A stretch of DNA of 64,000 nucleotides from Eukaryota sp. TZLM1-RC (Eukaryota; Protista; Metamonada: BaSk clade), in assembly GCA_040285825.1 (NCBI GenBank), contig JAUPSS010000004.1:3452589-3516588 (forward strand), given 5' to 3'. Positions 44,871-56,163 of the stretch are shown here, one piece after another. The notes below the pieces were generated by a model. That model saw only the letters and a program-made list of their open reading frames with translations, was not told where the DNA came from and ran no database searches. A program made the translations under genes and the position numbers. How positions within the stretch are numbered: the stretch's first letter is position 1; every line of letters starts with the position of its first letter.

Positions 44871-45145
44871 CGTTTCAATAAAATCTTTTTTTATTATTGC
44901 ATTTATGAAAAATGTTATCAGGTTCTATTTACATCGAGTTTTTTGATCATCTCTTATTTAAACAAAGAAAGTTCAACACAAAAGATAGGTCAAGCCATTA
45001 TACACTGATTGCATCCATTATTTGAAGGCACGGTTTTTCTATAAGGAATGTTTGTCAATGACAAACATGTCATCAATCTTGTCTTGTCCTCTACTACTAA
45101 TGGCGATGATTCTTCATGCCAGATGTTTCTCTCCACTGATCATTG

Positions 45146-45652
45146 ATGCCTGGTATCACTGCTACCTCTCCCGTTTCTCTATCCGATCAATCCCTCTCCT
45201 CTGTTGTTTACACGTGTTCTGCCATACTTGAGCAACTTTTGGATGTGGAAGACCATACTTGTGACTCATCATTTGGCTCTGAACCTACCGTCAGCTTTCC
45301 TGTTTGGATTAGAAGAATTGTTTCTAAATCAGAAGCCTCTTTGGAATGTGCTTTTGTTGCCCTCTACTATCTTTCAAAGATACAAGCAAAGTTTCCTCAG
45401 CTTCGCTATTCTTCCACTAATGTTTATCGCTGTTTCCTTGTTGCGTTCATGCTTGCTGCCAAGTTTTGCGAAGATTCTACCTTTCAAAATCCTAGCTGGA
45501 GAATTATTGGTTATTCTTTTTATTCCCTTGAAATTCTTAATGCTATGGAAGTTGAATTTATTAAACTTCTTGATTGGAATTTGCACGTTTCTCCAAATGA
45601 TTTACAAGGTTTTCTTTCTGATTATAAGAATATTTTTGATAAGTTGTGCTAA
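45146..45652 (+). CDS. PHO80/P-type (cyclin U-like) cyclin
   Basis: C..VAL.YL, N..R.FL.A.M.AAKF.ED....N..W..IG......LN.ME.EF..LLDW.L.V cyclin box. Confidence 0.88.
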   Translation: MPGITATSPVSLSDQSLSSVVYTCSAILEQLLDVEDHTCDSSFGSEPTVSFPVWIRRIVSKSEASLECAFVALYYLSKIQAKFPQLRYSSTNVYRCFLVAFMLAAKFCEDSTFQNPSWRIIGYSFYSLEILNAMEVEFIKLLDWNLHVSPNDLQGFLSDYKNIFDKLC

Positions 45653-45934
45653 ATGTGTAATAAATTTATTTAATAATGTTTTTTCTTAACCTTTATTGAT
45701 TTTGTATGGTAAAGAATAGATCTTAATATTTGTTTATTACACCTTTAATCTCAAAACATTATGGAGATTTGTCATTCACTTTGCTAATGCTGAACAATCG
45801 GTCCAACAGTGTCTACTTGGCAGCAGTGAATCAAAGTGTAAACGAATGAGGGAAAGAGTACTGTAATGTCCATCTACAGACACTGTAAGTAAACATTCAA
45901 CTTGATGGTGCTCTCTGAAAGGTCATCAATTCCA

Positions 45935-46176
45935 ATGCAACAACCTCAACGTATGCAAGCAACGGAATGCTAATCACAGAGCCTGAACATCAACAGCAAA
46001 AACAGTCCCAACAACCCCAACAACCTGGTCAAATGGGCGAGCAACCTGGACAACGCCAACAACCCCAACAGCCCGGTCAAGGTCCCCAACAAGGTGAACA
46101 GATGCGTCCTGGTCAACAACAACAACGCAAGGGTCAGCCTGAACAGCCTCAGCAACAACAGGGTAGAAGAGAGTAG
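45935..46176 (+). CDS. Gln/Pro/Gly-rich microprotein 1; join(45935..45950, 45980..46176), 70 aa
   Basis: 29-nt intron GTATGC...GCTAATCACAG joins MQQPQ in frame to QPEHQQQKQSQQPQQPGQ...QQQQGRRE. AATAAA downstream. Confidence 0.8.
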
Positions 46177-46884
46177 GTTGCTTTCATTGTTGTGAATAAA
46201 TGTTGCTTATGATGAGCTCATTCTTTAAAATTTAAAATCATTACTTTAGAATTTGTTGCTTAGCTAAAAACAATAATTACTGGTAATTCTATTAAAAGAG
46301 GATTACTGCTGCAAACATTGCTTGTCTCCTTCAAATAACAAAATTGCTATCATCAAGTTGCAGTCAGTAGTCATATTATGATTTACACATTCCTCCTCTT
46401 TAAAGGAATTCTTCGTTAACACCACGCAAAACATATTGCAAGTACAGGAGTGTATTAATGAGATAAATTTATTTTCATTTGTTCAATCAACCACTTTGCA
46501 ACTCATCAATAGAAGAGGTTGATAATGATTACCACAAAGATTAGAGTCTCTATATACAGTCTGGCTTCATATTGAGATTTATTTAGTGTTAATGTTGGTA
46601 ATGGGTTTGACTACCATAGCATGTAATGTAGTAGTGTGGCATTTCAAAACAATCATGATTTGGTGAATTAACTATGATTATTTGATTGATTGCTTCAACT
46701 TCAGTAAATTTCAAAACCAGTATGGTGGTAATAGTATTTACAGTTGTTATTGGTCTAAAACACCAGTAACCCAAACTATTTATTTTTTAAGAAAAAAAAA
46801 CAATTTTCCAAGAATAAACTATTTACAAATACTGTAGATACACAAAGACATCAACAGAAATGGTTCAAAAACCCATCTTTCTCA

Positions 46885-47098
46885 ATGGAACAATCTCAGC
46901 GTATGGTGTATCTAAAAATTGATCATAGAATCTCATCAACAAGAACAAACACAGCAACCAGGCGGAAAAGAACAGCAATATAAGCATCGTCAACATCCAG
47001 AGGGGGTAGCACAGGACAAAATGCACCGTATTCAGCCTGGTCAAGAAGAGCCAAGCGAACAGCAGTCACAACAGCAGCAACAGGGAAGTAGAATGTGA
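46885..47098 (+). CDS. Gln-rich microprotein 2; join(46885..46900, 46929..47098), 61 aa (not in ORF track)
   Basis: 28-nt intron GTATGG...TTGATCATAG at the same position (after nt 16) as in microprotein 1. Product MEQSQQSHQQEQTQQPGG...QQQQQGSRM. AATAAA downstream. Confidence 0.75.
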
Positions 47099-48967
47099 TG
47101 TTCTAATAAACATTATTGGTCAGTCATTCTTCGAAAAGTATAGAAACAACTAGCAATGTTATGACCAGCGCTAGTAAAGACAGTTTTAATTTAAGGGATT
47201 GTGACTGATTGCACTTGTTAATGAGTCTGAAATCTTCAATCTTACTAATGTAAAACTAAAAGTCTTAAGTGGTTTCACTTTTTGGAAAAATTAAAATGCA
47301 TGTTGTTGTTTCAGGCAGTACAAGAGCACAATTCAAACTCAGTAACAGTTGTACAACTTGTTGAGCCGAAGCAATGAGAGAATGGTGAGATGTGAATCGA
47401 TTATGATGGAACAGTCTTGTAGAACCCATTCTAAAGAATATCATGACAGAAAACTAAGCAATGGAGGTTCAAAATGGACTCCATGATCAAGCAAAGTCTT
47501 TTGTTAGCCTTTTGTTTGGAGCTTCAATACTGTATTTATATTATAGTTTCTTTAGTTTGCCGAATAATCAATATTGCGCTATTGCGCTCAATTTCCTTGT
47601 AATAATTACATACCTTACATACTTATGTCTAGTAACAACCAGCATACTCACCTCAGGTCATCAATTTACAAGAATTTTAAGCTAAATTGCTACTTGTTCT
47701 CCCATAGGAAAAAGGTAAAATGAAAACTAATCTGAGTGGACCATTATCTTATTGAAGAGCATAGTGGCACTCACTTTTGTGACGCATTGCAATAAATTTA
47801 GTAAACAAAAAGCAAAACTGGGATAATGAGTCTGTTTTAAAAGGAACACTTGTATTTAATTTTGCAGTTTGGTGACTTGATTCACGTCATCAAATTTGGT
47901 TTACACAATAAAGACCATTTTGTAGAAATTGATATATTATAATTGGGAAATTAATATATCAGTATTTATTGGTATAAATTGGTAAATTCAGCGAAATATT
48001 GAAATACTAGTTCAGGGTGATTTTGGAAAGTATTCACATCAACTCTTTTCCAAACGTATAATAATTCGTGTGGAAGAAGTCTGTTAGAAAAACTCAACTT
48101 CGTAAACAGTGAGGTTACTAGGGTTCTAAAATATGTGCAAAACGTCTTTTTGTAAAAGTGGTGATACAGCAATCGCAACTCTGAAAAAAGAAGATTAAAA
48201 CAAGATAAGTGACTGATCATAGAGTTTGATGACAAGACAAACTATGTATGAGGAAGTGCGTTGTTCAAAATAAGATGATGACTAAAAGACAAAAGTAAGA
48301 AATTCAGGCTATAAAAACACAACGCTTTTATGGACAATCTTGCCATAGTTTGAGGTTTCTTCAACGAAGACGTAGCCTATGAACTGCCATGATTAGTCCT
48401 AGAAGTACGTAATCCGAAAGCTACATACTTCCTCATAGTATTTAAAGCTGCCGAACACGTTCTACATTAGGGGAATCATCAGCTCTGAATTGGTTGAATA
48501 TGTTGACCTGTTCGCGTTCCGATTTCGCACACTCTCTATTCTAACAACTGTTTATTCGTGTCATTATCCTGGTGTATCTGGTAGTGGTTAGAGGTGCTTT
48601 CAGCTGTCCAATTTTAGTTCATCATCAAGGATCAATGTCCCATCATAGTGAAGACTGCATTTCTTCACTTGGAAGTTTCAGTACTCTTGTTTTGGACGAA
48701 GATACTTAATCATTATGTATTTTGATTAATGACAACTTGACAGTTGCCATCTATCTGTTGTGTTTTCAGTTGAATGTTTCATGAGGAACCTGATGATGAA
48801 TTTATTTTCCGTAAACCCCTCAAGGCTTGGTGAAGAACACTGGGTGTACCCCAGAGTATCTACACATGTGTTGCTACAAAAAAATCTTTGTTTTGATTTA
48901 GTGTGTATTTACTTCCTAATCAATTGGTATAAAGCTGGCTTACAGAACACCGTTAGAACATCTCACT

Positions 48968-49354
48968 ATGTCAACACGTTCCCATTCATCTCTATCAACT
49001 CTCAATGATGCTTCAGCATTTGTTCTGCATCACCATCGGCCATCAGAGGTGCACATCAGCTCATCGTTTGATTGTTCGCGACAACATTCTAATACTCTCA
49101 CACTGGATACAATGAATGACTCTATACATCAGCAAAGTTCTGAACTCAACAGTGTTCTTTCACAAATTCCAGACAATCATTTCTACTTCAATAGATTTCG
49201 GCAACACATCAAAGATTCACCGATTCCTTTTCACCAAAAGTTAGCAAGGATGGATGCTATGAAAGCTGTTGCTGATTTGGAGTCTTTTGATAACACGACC
49301 GAAAATTCCCTCTCAATTGAACATCAGTATTGTCTGCATCTTTTATCATTGTGA
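48968..49354 (+). CDS. Hypothetical protein in the palindrome spacer
   Basis: ATG-initiated 128-aa Ser/His-rich ORF with no recognisable motif. Confidence 0.35.
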   Translation: MSTRSHSSLSTLNDASAFVLHHHRPSEVHISSSFDCSRQHSNTLTLDTMNDSIHQQSSELNSVLSQIPDNHFYFNRFRQHIKDSPIPFHQKLARMDAMKAVADLESFDNTTENSLSIEHQYCLHLLSL

Positions 49355-51507
49355 TGACATTTTTTGATGCCTAACACCTCTCCTTGGGACGTTTAGTATT
49401 TTTACAACTGACTTCTCGACATTATGAGGATTATCTGTCATGGACATTCCAACACCACCTGGTCGAGGTTCAATCAATTACCACAACAAAGTCAGATGAA
49501 ATGATTTTAGTAGCTTTATGCAGATTAATTTTCAATAAAATCAAAACATGTTGAGAAATAGATCTCAAAGATTTGGTATTTTTGTTTTGGTATAAGATCT
49601 ACCCAGTTTTTGGAAGCAAATAATTGGGAATGCATTTCGGATGTTCAAGAGCTAAGAAATTTTATTTTATTTATTTATTTCATGGAGCAACAAATGTTTT
49701 ATTATATTTTTTTGAAAAAATATTTTGTACATACTCTTCCTGGGGTACACCCAGTGTTCTTCACCAAGCCTTGAGGGGTTTACGGAAAATAAATTCATCA
49801 TCAAGTTCCTCATGAAACATTCAACTGAAAACACAACAGATAGATGGCAACAGTCAAGTTGCCATCAATCAAAATACATAATGATTAAGTATCTTCGTCA
49901 AGAGCAAAAGTACTGAAACTTCCAAGTGAAGAAATGCAGTCTCCACTATGATGGGACATTGATCCTTGATGATGAACTAAAATTGGACAGCTGAAAGCAC
50001 CTCTAACCACTACCAGATACACCAGATGACACGAATAAACAGTTGTTAGAATAGAGAGTGTGCGAAATCGGAACGCGAACAGGTCAACATATTCAACCAA
50101 TTCAGAGCTGATGATTCCCCTAATGTAGAACGTGTTCGGCAGCTTTAAATACTATGAGGAAGTATGTAGCTTTCGGATTACGTACTTCTAGGACTAATCA
50201 TGGCAGTTCATAGGCTACGTCTTCGTTGAAGAAACCTCAAACTATGGCAAGATTGTCCATAAAAGCGTTGTGTTTTTATAGCCAGAATTTCTTACTTTTG
50301 TCATTTGCTCACCATCTTATTTTGAACATCATACTTCCTCATACATTGTTTGCCTTGCCATCATACTGTATGATCAGTCACTTTTCTTGTTTTAATCTTC
50401 TTTTTTCAGAGTTACGATTGCTTCATCACCACGTTTTTACAAAAAGACGTATTACACATATTTTGGAACCCTAGTAACCTCACTGTTCACGAAGTCGAGT
50501 TCTTCTAACAGACTTCTTCCACATGAATTATTATACGTTTGGAAAAGAGTTGATGTGAATACTTTCCAAAATCACCCAGAACTAGTATTTCAATATTTCG
50601 CTGAATTTACCAATTTATACCATTAAATACTAGTTTATTAATTTCGTAATTATAATAAATCATTTTCTACACAATGGTCTCTACTGTGTAAACCAAATTT
50701 GATGACGTGGACCAAGTCAAATAACTGCGACTTTAAACACAACTGTTTAAAGCAGGCTCATCATTCCAGTTTTGCTTTTTGTTTACTAAATTTATTGCAA
50801 AGTGTTACTAAAATTATTGTTTACTATGCACTTCAATGAGTTATTGGTCCACTGAGATTAGTTTTCATTTTACCCTTTTGCTATAAGAGAACAAGTAGGA
50901 ATTTAGCTCAAAATTCTTGTGAATTGATAACCTGGGGTGAGTTTGCTGGTTGTTACTAGACATAGGTATGTAAGGTATGTAATTTATTACAAGAAAAAGT
51001 GGATTGCTCATGACTTGAGCGCAATAGCGCAAAATTGATTATTCGGCAAACTAAAGAAACTATAATATAAATACAGTATTGAAGCTCCAAACAAAAGGCT
51101 AACAAAAGACTTTGCTTGATCATGGAGTTTATTTTGAACCTCCATTGCTTAGTTTTCTGTCATGATATTCTTTAGAATGGGTTCTACAAGACTGTTCCAT
51201 CATAATCGATTCACATCTCACCATTCTCTCATTGCTTCGGCTCAACAAGTTGTACAACTGTTACTGAGTTTGAATTGTGCTCTTGTACTGCCTGAAACAA
51301 CAACATGCATTTTAATTTTTCCAAAAAGTGAAACCACTTAAGACTTTTAGTTTTACATCAGCAAGATTGAAGATTTCAGACCCATTAACAAGTGCAATCA
51401 GTCACAATCCCTTAAATTAAAACTGTCTTTACTAGCGCTGGTCATGACATTGCTAGTTGTTTCTATACTTTTCGAAGAATGGTTGACCAATAATGTTTAT
51501 TAGAACA

Positions 51508-51721
51508 TCACATTCTACTTCCCTGTTGCTGCTGTTGTGACTGCTGTTCGCTTGGCTCTTCTTGACCAGGCTGAATACGGTGCTTTTTGTCCTGTGCTAC
51601 CCCCTCTGGATGTTGACGATGCTTAAATTGCTGTTCTTTTCCGCCTGGTTGCTGTGTTTGTTCTTGTTGATGAGATTCTATGATAATTTTCCAGATACAC
51701 CATACGCTGAGATTGTTCCAT
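51508..51721 (-). CDS. Gln-rich microprotein 2, mirror copy (intron 51678-51705)
   Basis: Frame, intron length and GT/AG ends are preserved. Y>F and M>K changes. Confidence 0.72.
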
Positions 51722-52325
51722 TGAGAAAGATTGGTTTTGAACCATTTCTGTTGATGTCTTTGTGTATCTACAGTATTTGTAAATAGTTTATTCTTGGAAA
51801 ATTGTTTTTTTTTTTCTTAAAAAATAAATAGTTTGGGTTACTGGTGTTTTAGACCAATAACAACTGTAAATACTATTACCAGCACACTGGTTTTAAAATT
51901 TAGTGAAGTTGAAGCAATCAATCAAATAATAATAGTTAATTCACCAAATCATGATTGTTTTGAAATGGCGCACTAATACATTACATGCTATGGTAGTCAA
52001 ACCCATTACCAACATTAACACTAAATAAATCTCAATATGAAGCCAGACTGTATAAAGAGACTCTAATCTTTGTGGTAATCATTGTCAACCTCTTCTATGG
52101 ATGAGTTGCAAAGTGGTTGATTGAACAAATGAAATTAAATTTATCTCATTAATACACTCCTGTACTTGCAATCTGTTTTGCGTGGTGTTAACGAAGAATT
52201 CTTTTGAAGAGGAGGAATGTGTAAATCATAATATGACTGCAGCAACAAATTCTAAAATAATGATTTTAAAATTTAAAGAATGACCCTCATCATAAGCAAC
52301 ATTTATTCACAACAATGAAAGCAAC

Positions 52326-52561
52326 CTACTCTCTTCTACCCTGTTGTTGCTGAGGCTGTTCAGGCTGACCCTTGCGTTGTTGTTGTTGTTGACCAGGACG
52401 CATCTGTTCACCTTGTTGGGGACCTTGACCGGGCTGTTGGGGTGTTTGGCGTTGTCCCGGTTGCTCGCCCATTTGTTGGGGTTGTTTGGGCTGTTTTAGC
52501 TGTTGTTGTTCAGGCTCTGTGATTAGCATTCTGTTGCTTGCATACGTTGAGGTTGTTGCAT
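52326..52561 (-). CDS. Gln/Pro/Gly-rich microprotein 1, mirror copy (intron 52517-52545)
   Basis: Same 29-nt intron. Coding differences are substitutions and in-frame indels. Confidence 0.78.
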
Positions 52562-52843
52562 TGGAATTGATGACCTTTCAGAGAGCACCATCAAGTTGAA
52601 TGTTTACTTACAGTGTCTGTAGATGGACATTACAGTACTCTTTCCCTCATTCGTTTACACTTTGATTCACTGCTGCCAAGTAGACACTGTTGGACCGATT
52701 GTTCAGCATTAGCAAAGTGAATGACAAATCTCCATAATGTTTTGAGATTAAAGGTGTAATAAACAAATATTAAGATCTATTCTTTACCATACAAAATCAA
52801 TAAAAGTTAAGAAAAAACATTATTAAATAAATTTATTACACAT

Positions 52844-53350
52844 TTAGCACAACTTATCAAAAATATTCTTATAATCAGAAAGAAAACCTTGTAAATCATT
52901 TGGAGAAACGTGCAAATTCCAATCAAGAAGTTTAATAAATTCAACTTCCATAGCATTAAGAATTTCAAGGGAATAAAAAGAATAACCAATAATTCTCCAG
53001 CTAGGATTTTGAAAGGTAGAATCTTCGCAAAACTTGGCAGCAAGCATGAAGGCAACAAGGAAACACCGATGGGCATTAGTGGGAGAGTACCGAAGCTGAG
53101 GAAACTTTGCTTGTATCTTTGAAAGATAGTAGAGAGCAACAAAAGCACATTCCAAAGAGGCTTCTGATTTAGAAACAATTCTTCTAATCCAAACAGGAAA
53201 GCTGACGGTAGGTTCAGAGCCAAATGATGAGTCACAAGTATGGTCTTCCACATCCAAAAGTTGCTCAAGTATGGCAGAACACGTGTAAACAACAGAGGAG
53301 AGGGATTGATCGGATAGAGAAACGGGAGAGGTAGCAGTGATACCAGGCAT
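52844..53350 (-). CDS. PHO80/P-type cyclin, mirror copy
   Basis: Identical protein except YSPTNAHR versus YSSTNVYR. Confidence 0.88.
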   Translation of the reverse strand: MPGITATSPVSLSDQSLSSVVYTCSAILEQLLDVEDHTCDSSFGSEPTVSFPVWIRRIVSKSEASLECAFVALYYLSKIQAKFPQLRYSPTNAHRCFLVAFMLAAKFCEDSTFQNPSWRIIGYSFYSLEILNAMEVEFIKLLDWNLHVSPNDLQGFLSDYKNIFDKLC

Positions 53351-53656
53351 CAATGATCAGTGGAGAGAAACATCTGGCATGAAGAATCATCGCCATTAGT
53401 AGTAGAGGACAAGACAAGATTGATGACATGTTTGTCATTGACAAACATTCCTTATAGAAAAACCGTGCCTTCAAATAATGGATGCAATCAGTGTATAATG
53501 GCTTGACCTATCTTTTGTGTTGAACTTTCTTTGTTTAAATAAGAGATGATCAAAAAACTCGATGTAAATAGAACCTGATAACATTTTTCATAAATGCAAT
53601 AATAAAAAAAGATTTTATTGAAACGAGTGTTGATAAACACCTCTAATAACCCCAAA

Positions 53657-54064
53657 CTAAAAATCAGAACGAATTCTCTTAGCCAAGGCCATATCCTTGG
53701 GCATAATGGTAACACGTTTAGCATGAATAGCACAGAGATTGGTATCTTCAAACAAACCAACAAGGTAAGCTTCAGCAGCTTCTTGAAGTGCAGAGATACC
53801 AGATGCTTGGAATCTCAACTCACCCTTAAACTCTTGGGCAATTTCTCTAACCAAACGTTGGAAGGGTAGCTTACGGATTAACAGCTCAGTAGACTTTTGG
53901 TACTTTCTGATTTCACGGAGAGCAACGGTACCAGGACGATAACGATGGGGTTTCTTGATACCACCAGTAGCGGGGGCAGCTTTGCGAGCAGCCTTGGTAG
54001 CCAAATGCTTTCTTGGAGTCTTGGTGGAGGTAGTCTTGCGAGAGGTTTGCTTAGTACGGGCCAT
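53657..54064 (-). CDS. H3: Histone H3, mirror copy (stem-loop at 53626-53641)
   Basis: Protein identical to 44432-44839. Confidence 0.98.
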   Translation of the reverse strand: MARTKQTSRKTTSTKTPRKHLATKAARKAAPATGGIKKPHRYRPGTVALREIRKYQKSTELLIRKLPFQRLVREIAQEFKGELRFQASGISALQEAAEAYLVGLFEDTNLCAIHAKRVTIMPKDMALAKRIRSDF

Positions 54065-54449
54065 TAGTGTAGATCAGGATTATGTCATTCTGCATTGTAA
54101 TTGAGCAGAAATTCAGAGCAGGGAAAATGTCTTGCGAGAATCAATTGTCATTTGCTTTTGTTGGATGATTCGTTTTTGGTGGTTTGGTTGTGTAGACCTA
54201 CGGCTTTGTTGTCACTCTTCAATAAACGTGCACTAAATTTTTTTCCTATATGGAACTATTGAAATATTCAATGTGGGTTCTGTTTAGGAACAACAAGTTT
54301 AGCAAATCCCAATTTGATTGAACAATTGTCATTTGTATTTCCCCAAAAACTGCAATCCTGATGAAAACATCAATAAAACTTTTAAATTAAAATACACATT
54401 AAACAACAAATTTATCCAGTGTTGAAAAACACTATCAAAAACCACAAAT

Positions 54450-54884
54450 CTATTCACCTTCACCAGCAGAGGTAAACTTGGTAACAGCCTTGGTACCTTC
54501 AGAAACAGCATGCTTGGAGAGTTCACCAGGTAGCAATAATCTAACAGCAGTCTGAATCTCACGAGAAGAAAGGGTATTTCTCTTGTTAACACGAGCAAGA
54601 CGGGAAGCTTCAGTGGCGATACGTTCAAAGATGTCATTGACAAAAGAGTTCATGATTCCCATGGCCTTGGTGGAGATACCAGTATCGGGATGGACTTGGC
54701 GAAGGACACGGTAAATGTAAGTAGCCCATGTCTCCTTGCGGGCCTTCTTGCGCTTGGGGGCAGCAGCGGCAGCACCTCCTTCAGCAACAGCCTTGCTTAC
54801 AGCTTTGGCAGGAGCCTTTGATGGGGCTTTGGAGGGAACTCCCTTGATGGATTTGGTAGACTTTACAGACTTCTTTCCAGGCAT
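54450..54884 (-). CDS. H2B: Histone H2B, mirror copy (stem-loop at 54418-54433)
   Basis: One V>A change in the tail versus 43612-44046. Confidence 0.98.
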   Translation of the reverse strand: MPGKKSVKSTKSIKGVPSKAPSKAPAKAVSKAVAEGGAAAAAPKRKKARKETWATYIYRVLRQVHPDTGISTKAMGIMNSFVNDIFERIATEASRLARVNKRNTLSSREIQTAVRLLLPGELSKHAVSEGTKAVTKFTSAGEGE

Positions 54885-55041
54885 GAGATTGAGAGATTGA
54901 GAGAAATTGTGATTGGGATTCAGTTTTTGCCACAAAAACAAGTTGATTCAATGTTTTGCCACAAACGACAATCTTGCAACAATCAAAATTGTCGTGTTGA
55001 AATAGAAATTCTATTTTCTTTTCCTCATTAATTCATCTCTC

Positions 55042-55425
55042 ATGGCTGAAGAAACTGGTGCTCGTACTCTCTCCTTCAAAGCTGGACTCCAATTCCCTGT
55101 AGGTCGTATCCGTCGTTACCTCCGTGAAGGCCGCTATGCTGAACGTATTGCAGCTGGCGCTCCCGTTTATATGGCTGCTGTACTCGAATACCTCACCGCT
55201 GAGGTCCTTGAATTGTCTGGTAACGCTGCTAGAGATAACAAGAAGACCCGTATCGTCCCCAGACACATTCTCTTGGCTATCCGCAATGATGAAGAACTCA
55301 GTAAGCTCTTGTCTCACATCATGATTCCCTCTGGTGGTGTTCTTCCTCATATTCATTCCGATCTCCTTCCCAAGGGATCCAAGGCTCGTGTTGAAGCCGA
55401 AGAACAAGCTTCCCAGGAAATCTAG
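55042..55425 (+). CDS. H2A: Histone H2A, mirror copy (stem-loop at 55438-55453)
   Basis: Identical protein, about 10 synonymous differences from 43079-43462. Confidence 0.98.
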   Translation: MAEETGARTLSFKAGLQFPVGRIRRYLREGRYAERIAAGAPVYMAAVLEYLTAEVLELSGNAARDNKKTRIVPRHILLAIRNDEELSKLLSHIMIPSGGVLPHIHSDLLPKGSKARVEAEEQASQEI

Positions 55426-55851
55426 GTTGTTTTGCATGGTGTTTTTCAACACTATTTGGGTAATAAATGTGATTTTCTAAATAAAAAGTCCTTCTTATTT
55501 TTCTTAAAGAACCAAAAACTGCAAATACTGAATCCTAGAATCAAAGTAATTGAGCCCTAGGTGGCAGTTAATGCATGCAAAATCTGTAAATGAGGACGCT
55601 TGACATTTACCTGAAGCAAAACACCCAGAAGATGGTTAATTGACCAACACTTTATGGCTTTAACTCTTACAAGGTCTTGGCAAGTACAATTCAAGCAATT
55701 GTCTTATAAGTGATGAGAATGTTAGTCAACGATTCCAAATTAAATAATCAGTTTCAAACAAATTATAGAAAATTATAAGCTAATTTAAAAAAACAAACAA
55801 ATCAAATTTAAAATCTTTATTAGTGTTGAAAAACACCCCAAAAACAAAAAC

Positions 55852-56163
55852 CTAAACACCAAAACCATACAAAACACGTCCATGACGTTTCAAAGCATAG
55901 ACAACATCCATGGCAGTGACAGTCTTCCTTCTGGCATGTTCACAATAAGTAACAGAGTCACGGATCACGTTTTCGAGGAAAGTACGGAGAACAGTACGGG
56001 TTTCATCATAGATAAGTGCAGAGATACGCTTGACACCACCACGGCGAGCAAGACGACGAATAGCAGGCTTGGTAATACCTTGGATGTTTTCACGAAGAAC
56101 CTTTCTATGGCGCTTGGCACCACCTTTACCTAAACCTTTTCCACCTTTTCCACGGCCAGCCAT
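55852..56163 (-). CDS. H4: Histone H4, mirror copy (stem-loop at 55822-55837)
   Basis: Protein identical to 42341-42652. Confidence 0.98.
   Translation of the reverse strand: MAGRGKGGKGLGKGGAKRHRKVLRENIQGITKPAIRRLARRGGVKRISALIYDETRTVLRTFLENVIRDSVTYCEHARRKTVTAMDVVYALKRHGRVLYGFGV

Larger units (their letters stand above)
34505..48864. repeat. Left arm of a >14 kb inverted repeat
   Basis: Reverse complement of 49726-64000. Mirrored coordinates of every gene sum to about 98500 (H3 44432/54064, H4 42341/56163, RCC1 38714/59777). Confidence 0.97.

Noticed and set aside
47461-48780. Short ORFs near the palindrome centre as genes
   Set aside because: Frames are not preserved between the two arms and no family is recognisable.
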